63,733 bases of DNA, filler included, from Octopus bimaculoides (GCF_001194135.2; 5 parts of 4 records of this genome joined end to end with filler, not necessarily neighbours in it), one strand, 5' to 3'; counted from the first letter of the whole stretch, positions 42,545 to 54,475 are shown. The notes: generated by a model not told the origin, from the letters alone. A program made the numbers and translations.

Positions 42545-42604
42545 GTTCTAGCTTACGGTGTTCCGCGTGTAAGGCGTCTGTGATAACCACTACACCACAG
42601 AACA
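42545..42604 (-). pseudogene. tRNA-Val(TAC)-derived relic (5' two-thirds; T-arm missing)
   Basis: rc GTTCTGTGGTGTAGTGGTTATCAC-AGACGC-CTTACAC-GCGGAA. The D-arm and anticodon loop match eukaryotic tRNA-Val; the anticodon stem has mismatches and there is no GTTCGA T-loop. Confidence 0.7.
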
Positions 42605-43250
42605 ACTCTCGGAGTCCGAATTTTATTCTATGTTTCTGTAAATAGTTCAATGATTTGGGGCTGGGAATCTCGCATAGTGATGTTAAGTTCCGAGAAATAT
42701 ACAGATATATGACACCCATTACAGAGAGAGAGAGACGTTTATAGTGTTACTAGCGTTATATTATCCAATCTTGTCAACGCTTGATTTGAGAGGGATTTGG
42801 TCACGTGACCACATAAATACTACCTTATTGTCTCGTGATTTTCTTCTCCTGAATTGACTTTCTGTGTCAGGACATGTTATAATCTAACTTCCCGTCAATC
42901 TCATATCCACGTCGCCATGACAACCGCCAACATTCCTACCACCATGCAACCACCACTACCTCCACCCCTTGTCTTGAAACGGATAAATCTTTCCGGTGTT
43001 GTTTCTAGTAATCAAATAGTAAGCAAATGTCTATGAAATGACACCAGACTTTGACACACTGGATAATATAGTCTTAGATTTCTAAAACGACCGGGATGGC
43101 CACATCAGAAGCGCCTTTGCCCATAGGTTTACGGAATCAGAGCGGACCTGGGGTTGAATACTACAACAGCACGACTAACATTATAAGCTCTCAGCAGTCG
43201 CTACACACTTCCCTTTAACCCTTAACCTTACACTGTGGGGTTAGAGAAGG

Positions 43251-43251
<1 letters not shown>

Positions 43252-43281
<30 letters not shown>

Positions 43282-43349
43282 CTTCTTCTTCTTCTTCTTC
43301 TTCTTCTTCTTCTTCTTCTTCTTCTTCTTCTTCTTCTTCTTCTTCTTCT
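43252..43349. repeat. (CTT)n microsatellite
   Basis: Direct reading; source of the poly-Arg pseudo-ORF. Confidence 0.98.
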
Positions 43350-43487
43350 ACACACCACAAACACACCCCTAGCCATTGCTTGTTGTTCCAGTTGCTCTGC
43401 AAGTCTACCATTTAAATATCTCTGATCTTTACCCAAGAAAAAATATATATAACCGAATAAAATAATTCACTCTTCCGGCTTTGTGTT

Positions 43488-43544
<57 letters not shown>

Positions 43545-44025
43545 NNNNNNNNNNNNNNNNNNNNNNNNNNNNNNNNNNNNNNNNNNNNNNNNNNNNNNNN
43601 NNNNNNNNNNNNNNNNNNNNNNNNNNNNNNNNNNNNNNNNNNNNNNNNNNNNNNNNNNNNNNNNNNNNNNNNNNNNNNNNNNNNNNNNNNNNNNNNNNNN
43701 NNNNNNNNNNNNNNNNNNNNNNNNNNNNNNNNNNNNNNNNNNNNNNNNNNNNNNNNNNNNNNNNNNNNNNNNNNNNNNNNNNNNNNNNNNNNNNNNNNNN
43801 NNNNNNNNNNNNNNNNNNNNNNNNNNNNNNNNNNNNNNNNNNNNNNNNNNNNNNNNNNNNNNNNNNNNNNNNNNNNNNNNNNNNNNNNNNNNNNNNNNNN
43901 NNNNNNNNNNNNNNNNNNNNNNNNNNNNNNNNNNNNNNNNNNNNNNNNNNNNNNNNNNNNNNNNNNNNNNNNNNNNNNNNNNNNNNNNNNNNNNNNNNNN
44001 NNNNNNNNNNNNNNNNNNNNNNNNN

Positions 44026-44072
<47 letters not shown>

Positions 44073-44413
44073 ATGTATATGTATGTACGTATGTATGTAT
44101 GTATGTATGTATGTATGTATTTGGATGTGACTAGTTGAAGTCTTAACCGTGTTCCATCTGTTGAAAGTTGTTGATTGATTGCTCAGAATACAAATCTTTC
44201 ACCGGTGCCTACCGAATTCTCTCTGCTAAGATTTGGTGCGCAGTACTTCCGGCCCGTGTAGCAGTCAAACGGAAGTTGACCTATTAAACAGCGACAGAAA
44301 GACTGTTTAAAGTTTTGTAAGCAGAAGATCATAGATAGAAAGGAAAGAAAGAAAAAAAGATCACAAAAACTATAACTAAGAAATTAAAAACAAATAAATA
44401 AATAAATAAATAG

Positions 44414-44477
<64 letters not shown>

Positions 44478-44598
44478 CAATAATAATAATACCTATAATA
44501 AAGATATAAGAAGGCAGAATGACGAAGAGTTGAAAAGTTGGAAAGAAAAGAATAAGAGTGTTATAACGAAGGAGTGGATAATTATGTATCTGTGAATA

Positions 44599-44738
<140 letters not shown>

Positions 44739-45718
44739 TAAATACAGCTCCCGTTTCGTTTATATACACACAGAGGAACACATAGGAGGCTGCATGTGTA
44801 TGTGTATATATAAGAAACAGAGATGGAAGCTAGATTTGTAAATATTTGGATTAAAATCTTAAACAGAGAAAAAGTAGTCAAAATATTGAGATAGATTCTT
44901 TATGTGAAAGATATAAAGGAAAATAGTTACATTAGTTTGAATAAAGAGAAGAAATAAGTTTATTTCTTATGAAGGCTACAAACGGGGTGTGATGCGGATG
45001 AGGGAGAAAAGAAAATAGAGATGTATAGGAGTTGGGTGGATGAACGAGAGGAAGAGAGGAAGAGAGACGGATGTGAGAAGGAAAGATAAATAGAGAGAGA
45101 GAGATAGGGGGAGAGGGGGGAGAGGGGAGAAGAATATTAGAGAAATAGATGGAACGATAAAGATGTGTGGATAATTAGATAAATAAAAGTTGTCTTTTTA
45201 GAGATTAAAATACATTTGTAAACTTACTTTGAATATATTTGAATCATAAAAGTAAAGAGAAACATCCTCGGTATAAACAATACATTATATTTAGGATGGA
45301 TTATTCTCGACGCAGTGCCACAGATATGGCTGAAAGGTGTTGCAAAGTGTTTTATTTCAAACTAAATACCATAACAGGAGAGAAATGTTGAATAACAATG
45401 AAAGGAAAAGTCATCACAGAGATTAATTATACAATTCACCGCACAACATACGCCAGGCGACCTCTTAGGAAACCGGACTTTCTGCCAGTTTCATTCCTAA
45501 TCACGCGGTATCCTTTTAAACTCCTCCAGAACATCGATATATTTGCATATTTATAGAGTTACTTACACGTAACACATTAAACTTCAAAGCGGTTTAACAG
45601 AAAACTAATAACGTCAGACATAATTTAAATATTTGACTTGTGCATAATAATCATTGGACAACAATTATTTTTTGAAGGTTATGGCACTATTTCATGAATA
45701 AAGCTGCAGTGAGGGAGA

Positions 45719-45757
<39 letters not shown>

Positions 45758-45797
45758 AAAGAAAGGAAGAGAGAGACAGAGAGAAATAAAGAAGAGA

Positions 45798-45867
<70 letters not shown>

Positions 45868-45967
45868 NNNNNNNNNNNNNNNNNNNNNNNNNNNNNNNNN
45901 NNNNNNNNNNNTTAATTAATTAANNNNNNNNNNNNNNNNNNNNNNNNNNNNNNNNNNNNNNNNNNNN

Positions 45968-46051
<84 letters not shown>

Positions 46052-46521
46052 GCTGCGGAATACGTAAGACGTTCTTTTGAACATTGTTTGTAAATTATAC
46101 TTTAAACTGTGTTTCTCACTTTGTCTTTACAAGTATATGTTATCAATTTTCTTTATAAACTGACAATAAGAACATTAGGAACCTTTTGGAAGGTGCTCGG
46201 TGATTGCTTCTGGCCCGAAAGGGACAGTATTTATTCATTTAATTATCTGTTGCACTCAGAAAACACAAACACACAAGACGGCGTCGTCATCATCATCACC
46301 ATTACCATCCGCATCAGCGACCATCATGGAAGCGTTGAGGGGGGAAAGCCTTTCCTTCCACCAGCCCTCCCACATAATAAGATTCCACCTCTCCCTCATA
46401 TCACTCACTCTCAGCCTCAACAACAACAGCCGAAGCAATGTGAGATCTCGCGAAGCATATGAAATCAGTAGCAGCAACAGCGGGAATGCGAAGACGGAAA
46501 AGCGAGCAAGAGAGAGAGAGA

Positions 46522-46575
<54 letters not shown>

Positions 46576-46899
46576 AGTAGAAATAATAAGAGCAACACCA
46601 CTACGGCGACCACTACTGACACCTGCAAAACAGAAATCATCAAAACAACCTCAAACTTTAAAAAAATGTGAAGAACACCGACCAAAATAATTCCACGAAT
46701 TTAAAAAAAATATCGACGTAACCAACTTTAAAAAAGAAATTTCTCTGCTGGCCCTTGATGAATAAGCAAAAGAATTGGTCCAAGCCCCACAAAAAAAATC
46801 ATAAAGATTGAGTAGGTTAGCGAGTTAGTCCATCGGAAGTTGACGGGCGCAATCAACATCCGTTGGAGGTTAGCCCTGAAAATGGCTATTAGAGTAGAG

Positions 46900-47870
46900 G
46901 CAGTAGTAAGGAAATAGCCTTAGAGTAATATAGGATTGAGGGAGAGCTAATTAGGAAGCTAGAGGAGACGCTTAGGAGGGGCATCGTGACTGACGTGCTG
47001 GCGGCGAGATTGGCTCTTGATCAATTCTTCAATGCCAAACACAAAGGTTGCGTTGTCAAAGCTAGGGTACGTGCTCTAAGACATGAAGGGACGAAAGCTG
47101 TTCGATGGGCCCGGATGACAGAGGTGCAACGTGGCAACAAAGCCACAATTCGGGACAAGCGTATGCTACACGATTCCAAGCAGATGGTACGGAATTCCAA
47201 GCAGATGGTTCGGAGTGTGTGATGTGTCGGTGATGGAAGTGAACTTCATCTCCTAGCTCGATGACATGCTGCGCCTTTCGGCCAGGGAAGCGGAGTTCTG
47301 CGAAATACCGATAACAACCTAAGACATATGGGACGCAACAACGAGCTGAACAAAGGAGTAGTCTCTGGGGCTGGATAGTCCGCCCTTCGAGCTTTATTTT
47401 GATATGCTAGACCTGTTCGGTGATCTCTCGGCGTGTGTCCACCACAAATGGCAATAGAACCGAAGAATAGCCAATGCTGTGAGCCGTGGTGCGGTGGTGC
47501 TGCTGACAAAGGATCCGAACGAGGGGGACAAATGAGATAATTTTAGCACCATAACTCTGCTAAATGCAGATTATAAGATTTTGGCCAAGTTATTAACCAA
47601 AAGGTTAGTGCTTGCCGTCGATAAGCTGATCGATAACGCGCAGACATGTGCGAACAGATCTATCCATGACAACCTCCACCTCACGCCGAAACCAGTGTGG
47701 AAACAGTATGCTGGAACCGCTGCTAGAAGGTAGTAGGCCTTCGTTCCCATACTCGCAACATATCGGATGCAACTGGGCATCACTAACGAGCTACAGGACA
47801 TGTCCTCTTGGGGTTAAAAACATCGCAGTAAAGTCCGTTCGAACGGGACAGACATGTTGAAGTGGCTACG
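46900..47870 (+). mobile_element. L1/Tx1-type LINE ORF2 fragment with a large internal deletion
   Basis: HKGCVVKARVRA...EG; GAVVLLTKDPNEGDK*DNFSTITLLNADYKILAKLLTKRL...LIDNAQTC..RSIHDNLHL, then a jump to post-RT PVWKQ-like sequence. Confidence 0.82.
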
Positions 47871-48150
47871 CACATTACTCACTTGTACAACTACTGCTAT
47901 CATCTCACAGACAGATTTTGAAATAAGCTTTTTTGCTTGTCTTGTGTGTGCGCGCGTGTGTGTGTGTGTGTATCTGTATGTGTGTCTGTGTGTGTCTGCG
48001 ACTTTGTGTGTGAATTAAAAACGATTAATTATATAAAAATATATGAATAATTTCGTAAAATGATATTTTACATGAATTAATTTTAATTTACGAAAACCAT
48101 TTTGTTACATATTGTGACCGTAATAAAAAACTTTTCTAAAATATAAATAT

Positions 48151-48183
<33 letters not shown>

Positions 48184-48737
48184 NNNNNNNNNNNNNNNNN
48201 NNNNNNNNNNNNNNNNNNNNNNNNNNNNNNNNNNNNNNNNNNNNNNNNNNNNNNNNNNNNNNNNNNNNNNNNNNNNNNNNNNNNNNNNNNNNNNNNNNNN
48301 NNNNNNNNNNNNNNNNNNNNNNNNNNNNNNNNNNNNNNNNNNNNNNNNNNNNNNNNNNNNNNNNNNNNNNNNNNNNNNNNNNNNNNNNNNNNNNNNNNNN
48401 NNNNNNNNNNNNNNNNNNNNNNNNNNNNNNNNNNNNNNNNNNNNNNNNNNNNNNNNNNNNNNNNNNNNNNNNNNNNNNNNNNNNNNNNNNNNNNNNNNNN
48501 NNNNNNNNNNNNNNNNNNNNNNNNNNNAAACACAGGATTCTCTGATTTCGTATCATGTACTACAAATCTGTGTGAGAATGTGCGTGTATATGTGCGTGTA
48601 TGTGCGTGTGAGTGTGCGTGTGTGCGTATGTGTATGTGTGTGCATGTGTGTAAATATATACAATAATGATATGATTGACCGTTGACTGAACACTATTCAA
48701 TTTTTTTTCTCCGTGTTTTTCTCCTTGTCTCCGTATC

Positions 48738-48772
48738 CTTTCTGTTGAAGAGCGTAGCTCGAAACGTCAAAG
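48738..48772 (+). ncRNA. Minimal type I hammerhead ribozyme-like motif (Penelope-type) with a variant core
   Basis: CTTT-CTGTTGA-A-GAGC(GTA)GCTC-GAAA-CGTC-AAAG: stem I CTTT/AAAG, stem II hairpin, palindromic ACGT in place of stem III, GTC cleavage triplet. Core A6 is T. Confidence 0.65.
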
Positions 48773-48906
48773 ACTTTCCGTATTCCCGAGCGTCATACTA
48801 ATATATCCTTTTGTTATTTACACCACCTGTCCTCGTCTGTTGTTATTATTTGTATATTCTCCCATATATATGTATATATATATATATATATATGTCTCTG
48901 TTATAG

Positions 48907-49033
48907 AGTGCCCGGACGGTGTAGCGAATGGTTCATATTTTCTTCTGGAGGGAATGTGTGCCGCATGCTGGTGTCAGGCGCCCGCAGCTTCGGCCGGAAT
49001 GACAGCTCCCCAACCAATGGCATCATGTGTCTC
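48907..49033 (+). CDS. Internal coding exon of a single-VWC-domain (SVWC-like) peptide gene, phase 1 to phase 2
   Basis: Acceptor TCTCTGTTATAG, donor TC|GTAAGT. Encodes (E)CPDGVANGSYFLLEGMCAACWCQAPAASAGMTAPQPMASCV(S) with the CxxCxC VWC motif; GC-rich against its flanks. Confidence 0.85.
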
Positions 49034-50188
49034 GTAAGTAACATTGAAACTCTACACAAGCAACAAGCTATCGTAAGTACGCACGCACTCTATCCTTTAC
49101 ATACAACGAAGGAGCGTCCATAACAGTCATAGACAAACTGAGGCCCGCGGGACATTCTAAATGGAACACCATGGCAAGCAAGAATAACCTTGAATTCTCT
49201 ACATGTTCGGCTTGCCTGATGATGGGCCATGTGTCAGGCGGCCCGATTCTCTAAAAGTATGTCTATGCCTGATCTAGAAGGTCAAATGATCTGCTAGACA
49301 TACCAGCCAAATCTCCTGAAATGCAACCTTAAAATCACATCATAGTGAAAAAAAAAAGGTATTGACGTATTGCATAATGTAGTCTTAAATATAAAAATAG
49401 ACAGGATGGTCTCGACTGGAACGCTTTTGCCCGTAGGTTTTCTTCATCAAATATTTTTGGCGAATAAACATAATCTAAAGCAACAATCACACACACACAA
49501 ACACGTGGTAACGAGAGAGCCTATATGTGCTCGCTCTCCTATCTAGAAATAGTAAGTAAATCAACCTCATACCTATGAAAAGGATTTGTTATGTGGTTAA
49601 GTAGTTTACGTCGGTATCTCGCTGTCCAGGGGTTCAGTCCCATTGCACGGCACGGAAAGCAAATACTTTCCTTCATAATCCTGGCCTGTTCAATGCCTTG
49701 TGAAAGTATGTAGGAGATGGATACTGTGAAAGTATGTAGGAGATGGATACTGAGCTTATGTGAGTGATTAAGTATATATCTTTCTTTCGGGGAGGGGATG
49801 TATGAGCGGGGTGGTCTTCATGATTAATTAGTCCTATGTACACGTCTGAAAAAGACACGGCCAGAGCTTGTCTCATTTTGATCAGAAGTCTCTCGTTCAC
49901 ATATATGTCTGAGAGAGGTTTAGATAACGACGACAAAAGCAACACCAACATTATCAACAATAACAACATAAACACCGACAACACTACCACCACCACCAAC
50001 AACAACAACAACAACTACAGCAACTACACCAGTAACAACAATAGCAACAACTACTAATGAAGCCGCAGCTATGGCAATATGCTTCGCAGACAACTAAATT
50101 TCATGTTCCGTAATTATGTCATATTTCTAATACAGCAAAATCTTCGTTTCTTTCATTTCGTTATTCTTGTCTTGTTTCTTTATCGTAG

Positions 50189-50285
50189 ATGTGCTGTAGT
50201 CAATATGGGCTGTGGCGAAACGGAGCTAGTCAACCCCAACGCAACTTACCCAGCTTGTTGTGAGGAAAGGTGTAAAAACAACTAA
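50189..50285 (+). CDS. Terminal coding exon of the single-VWC-domain peptide gene
   Basis: Polypyrimidine acceptor TTCTTGTCTTGTTTCTTTATCGTAG; phase-compatible with the previous exon (TC|A = Ser). Encodes CAVVNMGCGETELVNPNATYPACCEERCKNN*, with the YPxCCxxxC SVWC-type end. Confidence 0.87.
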
Positions 50286-50357
50286 ACACAAAACGGAATT
50301 CTTCATCTCATTGAGAAGAAACTAAAGTTACACTAGCTTCGTACAACACTGATCGCA

Positions 50358-50363
50358 AATAAA
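50358..50363 (+). promoter_or_regulatory. Candidate polyadenylation signal AATAAA; alternatives near 50456 and 50578
   Basis: 73 nt after the stop codon of the VWC gene. Confidence 0.45.
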
Positions 50364-50372
50364 TCGTGCTTT

Positions 50373-50439
<67 letters not shown>

Positions 50440-50699
50440 TAAAGCACGATTTATAAATAAACCGAGGTATTACAGTATTAAATGAATATGAGAAAGACAG
50501 GAGATAAAGCACGATTTATTTGTGGTCAGAGTTGTTCGAAAACCGAGGTTCTACTGTATTAATGAAGTCTCTAAATGAATAAATTGGATTAATTATGATA
50601 ATGTTGTTTTTTTATATATTTACTACGGATTACTTGAAACTAACTCTCTTCCTACACCTCGATTCTTAGATCTTATAAATATATATGTTCTTCTATACT

Positions 50700-50885
50700 T
50701 TTACATGTTTCAGTCACTTGACTGCGCCTTTAGTCGACCAAATTGACACCAGGACTTATTCTTTGTTAATCTAGTAGTTATTCTATCGGTCTGTATGGCC
50801 GAACCGCTAAGTAACAGGGACCTAAACACCCCAACATCGGTATCAAGCGATGGTGGGGTGGACAAACACAGACACACAAATACAT
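50700..50885 (-). mobile_element. SINE family B 3' part
   Basis: TTTCAGTCACTTGACTGCG...CCAGGACTTATTCTTTG...GAACCGCTAAGTAAC; homologous to 55860-56110, 58870-59035 and 59765-59975. Confidence 0.8.
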
Positions 50886-51109
50886 ACATACATATATATT
50901 TGTTTTTTTTTTTCGTGGAAACCCGCAATAAGAATGGTCTTTATACACGACAAATGTGTCACAAATATATATCAAGTGATTTAAAAGTGTGTCTAATAAA
51001 ATTATGCCATCAGCAATGGAATAATTTAAGTAATATTTAACACTACCCTGTAATTAAGTTCTTATCTCCTTTGTGTGTGGATTCACCATGTACGTGAACA
51101 AGTATTTGC

Positions 51110-51302
51110 AGTTTGTGTATATATGCTTTTGCATGTTTGTATATGTGTGTGAATAAATGTGTGTGTGAGTGTATATGTATGTATATATATATGCATATAC
51201 ATAAATGCATACATGCATACATACATACATATCTACATACACACATACATATATACTTGCATACATGCATGCATACATACACGCATACATGCATACATGC
51301 AT

Positions 51303-51379
<77 letters not shown>

Positions 51380-51565
51380 CACACATACATACATGCATGC
51401 ATACATCCATACATACATACATATATACATACGCACATACATACATGCATGCATGCATACATATATGCATACATACGTACGTATATACATACACACATAC
51501 ATGCATACATACATACATACATACATACATACATACATACATACATACATACATACATACATACG
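51110..51565. repeat. Compound (TACA)n/(TA)n/(TGCA) low-complexity tract
   Basis: Direct reading. Confidence 0.95.
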
Positions 51566-51659
51566 TGCGTGCACACAACGTGACAAAAAACGCAACACAA
51601 AATGAAGCAAGGAAAAAATTACTTTGAGAGAATGAGATGGTCTGGATTACAGGGAAGTG

Positions 51660-51732
<73 letters not shown>

Positions 51733-53083
51733 CTGTTTTGTGTTCATATCATGCAAAAACGAAAATTGCGTTTCACAAGGCAGAGGTTTAATCATACAGT
51801 CAACGCACTTCTCTGTTCTTTTCTATTCCCAGGTATAAGACAATGTTTTAAAGGTAGCGCCTGGTAGAAGATCGATAACAGAATAGTATACAGATATTTA
51901 ATTATTTTGATTTTCTTATCTGACTGCTTTTCTCAGTCATTTGAACTTTAATGTGATTTTGTTAAAAGTCATTGCTTAATAAGCACACCTGTAAGACGCC
52001 TTCGTTACAGATTAACTTGTTCAAAGTGCAGCACGCGGTTGGGTTTCTGGTTCTTATAGTCATTTCTCCTTCGTTGACTGTGTCTGTGCTTTGCTAAAGA
52101 CGTCAAATGACACTGAAATATGCCTACAGTTGTCTTCCATAAAATATTCATACCTTGTCTCTGATGACGGAATACCCAGTGCACGGACATGCTAACCTAC
52201 CACTTGGGGTATCCCAGAAACGGCTGTAACACTTCAAATTCACCTTACCCTAATTAAATTATTCTAAATGATTTCAGATACTCGTTCTGCCTTGGTTTGG
52301 ATTTTTCCTCTAATATAATATAATATAATATATTAATATATGATATAATATTTTATATATATNNNNNNNNNNNNNNNNNNNNNNNNNNNNNNNNNNNNNN
52401 NNNNNNNNNNNNNNNNNNNNNNNNNNNNNNNNNNNNNNNNNNNNNNNNNNNNNNNNNNNNNNNNNNNNNNNNNNNNNNNNNNNNNNNNNNNNNNNNNNNN
52501 NNNNNNNNNNNNNNNNNNNNNNNNNNNNNNNNNNNNNNNNNNNNNNNNNNNNNNNNNNNNNNNNNNNNNNNNNNNNNNNNNNNNNNNNNNNNNNNNNNNN
52601 NNNNNNNNNNNNNNNNNNNNNNNNNNNNNNNNNNNNNNNNNNNNNNNNNNNNNNNNNNNNNNNNNNNNNNNNNNNNNNNNNNNNNNNNNNNNNNNNNNNN
52701 NNNNNNNNNNNNNNNNNNNNNNNNNNNNNNNNNNNNNNNNNNNNNNNNNNNNNNNNNNNNNNNNNNNNNNNNNNNNNNNNNNNNNNNNNNNNNNNNNNNN
52801 NNNNNNNNNNNNNNNNNNNNNNNNNNNNNNNNNNNNNNNNNNNNNNNNNNNNNNNNNNNNNNNNNNNNNNNNNNNNNNNNNNNNNNNNNNNNNNNNNNNN
52901 NNNNNNNNNNNNNNNNNNNNNNNNNNNNNNNNNNNNNNNNNNNNNNNNNNNNNNNNNNNNNNNNNNNNNNNNNNNNNNNNNNNNNNNNNNNNNNNNNNNN
53001 NNNNNNNNNNNNNNNNNNNNNNNNNNNNNNNNNNNNNNNNNNNNNNNNNNNNNNNNNNNNNNNNNNNNNNNNNNNNNNNATAC

Positions 53084-53131
<48 letters not shown>

Positions 53132-53863
53132 GTATATATGTATGTATATATGTATATATATGCATATATATATGTGTATATATGTATGTGTGTATATGTA
53201 TGTCTGTGTGTGTGCGTGTGTTGTATGTGTAGGAATATATGCATATGTGCGTACGTATATATCCCTCTACGTGGAAGAAGGAAGAGAAGATATACTGATA
53301 CAGGTGGAGGAGGAAGACATTATATCGACTACAAAAATTTAAAATTTACTCTCTCCCTCTCTCTTTTTCTCTCTCGCTCCCTCTCTTTGTCTCTTGCTCT
53401 CTGTTGCTTTTTCTCTCTCGCTCGCTCTTTCTAAATATTCTACGACCACACACCGTGTATTGTTTAACGAAGTCAGATAAAAAAAATATAAAAGACAAAC
53501 AGACGAAAAAAAAAATCAGAAAGGAAGCCAACAAGTTGATCATAAGTAAAAATCGCAGGAAATTCAATTCACCGTTTCATCTACAATTCCACTTCTTAAA
53601 CAATTTCAATTCCAATTGATGAAGAATTCGACTTGAAAACCCATTCTATAGAATAGGTCAAATTAAAAGACTTCAAAGAGGAATTTAACTAGAATTGCAA
53701 ATAATGACCAATAGAATAGAAAAGAAAAATGAATTCAAAAAGTTTTGTGAATGAAATCGAAAGGTAATCTAGAAAAAAAAAATTGATGTAAAAAAAAAAA
53801 CGAAAGAAAATGGCATTTGAAATGTTAACGCTTCAATTTAAATACTTACATTATTTTATGCAC

Positions 53864-53902
<39 letters not shown>

Positions 53903-54002
53903 NNNNNNNNNNNNNNNNNNNNNNNNNNNNNNNNNNNNNNNNNNNNTTAATTAATTAANNNNNNNNNNNNNNNNNNNNNNNNNNNNNNNNNNNNNNNNNN
54001 NN

Positions 54003-54066
<64 letters not shown>

Positions 54067-54475
54067 GGAGAAAGAAAAGGAAAGCATAATATACACACGA
54101 ATATACTAATATGTATGAATGTATTCATGTATGTATACACACATATATATATTATATATTTATGTATACACATGTATACGCAGTGACGTCTAATGTTTAT
54201 AGGCTCCGTGCAAAAGCGAAGCATTATGGGATACAAAACAGGCTTGTGTGAAAAATGTGTAGAGAGTCAGTTAAAGTATGTGCGTGAATCCAATATATGT
54301 AGGTAAGTAGGCCATTAGATTTGAGCCAATGAAGTAGTTTCTTTCTATCATTGCACTTGGATGTTTTACTTGAATGTACGTAAAACCTCGGTATGGATTT
54401 GATCCTCAAGTTTGGCGATTTGAACCTTTTGTTGATGACGACACATTTTTACAGATGGTGACACATTATAAATTC

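Noticed and set aside
42917-43036. ATG...|GTAAGC as exon 1 of the VWC gene (MTTANIPTTMQPPLPPP...)
   Set aside because: No signal peptide, phase 0, and the donor lies within a SINE-like repeat.
43213-43232. CCCTTTAACCCTTAACCTTA telomere-like sequence
   Set aside because: Too short and degenerate for an interstitial (TTAGGG)n array.
49699-49752. Perfect 26-bp tandem duplication in the VWC intron; also a 10-bp x3.7 repeat at 26526-26562
   Set aside because: Ordinary slippage duplications with no spacer structure; not CRISPR-like.
52010-52070. LTCSKCSTRLGFWF, a Yippee/DUSP12-like zinc motif on the plus strand
   Set aside because: A stop follows immediately and no partner motif is present.
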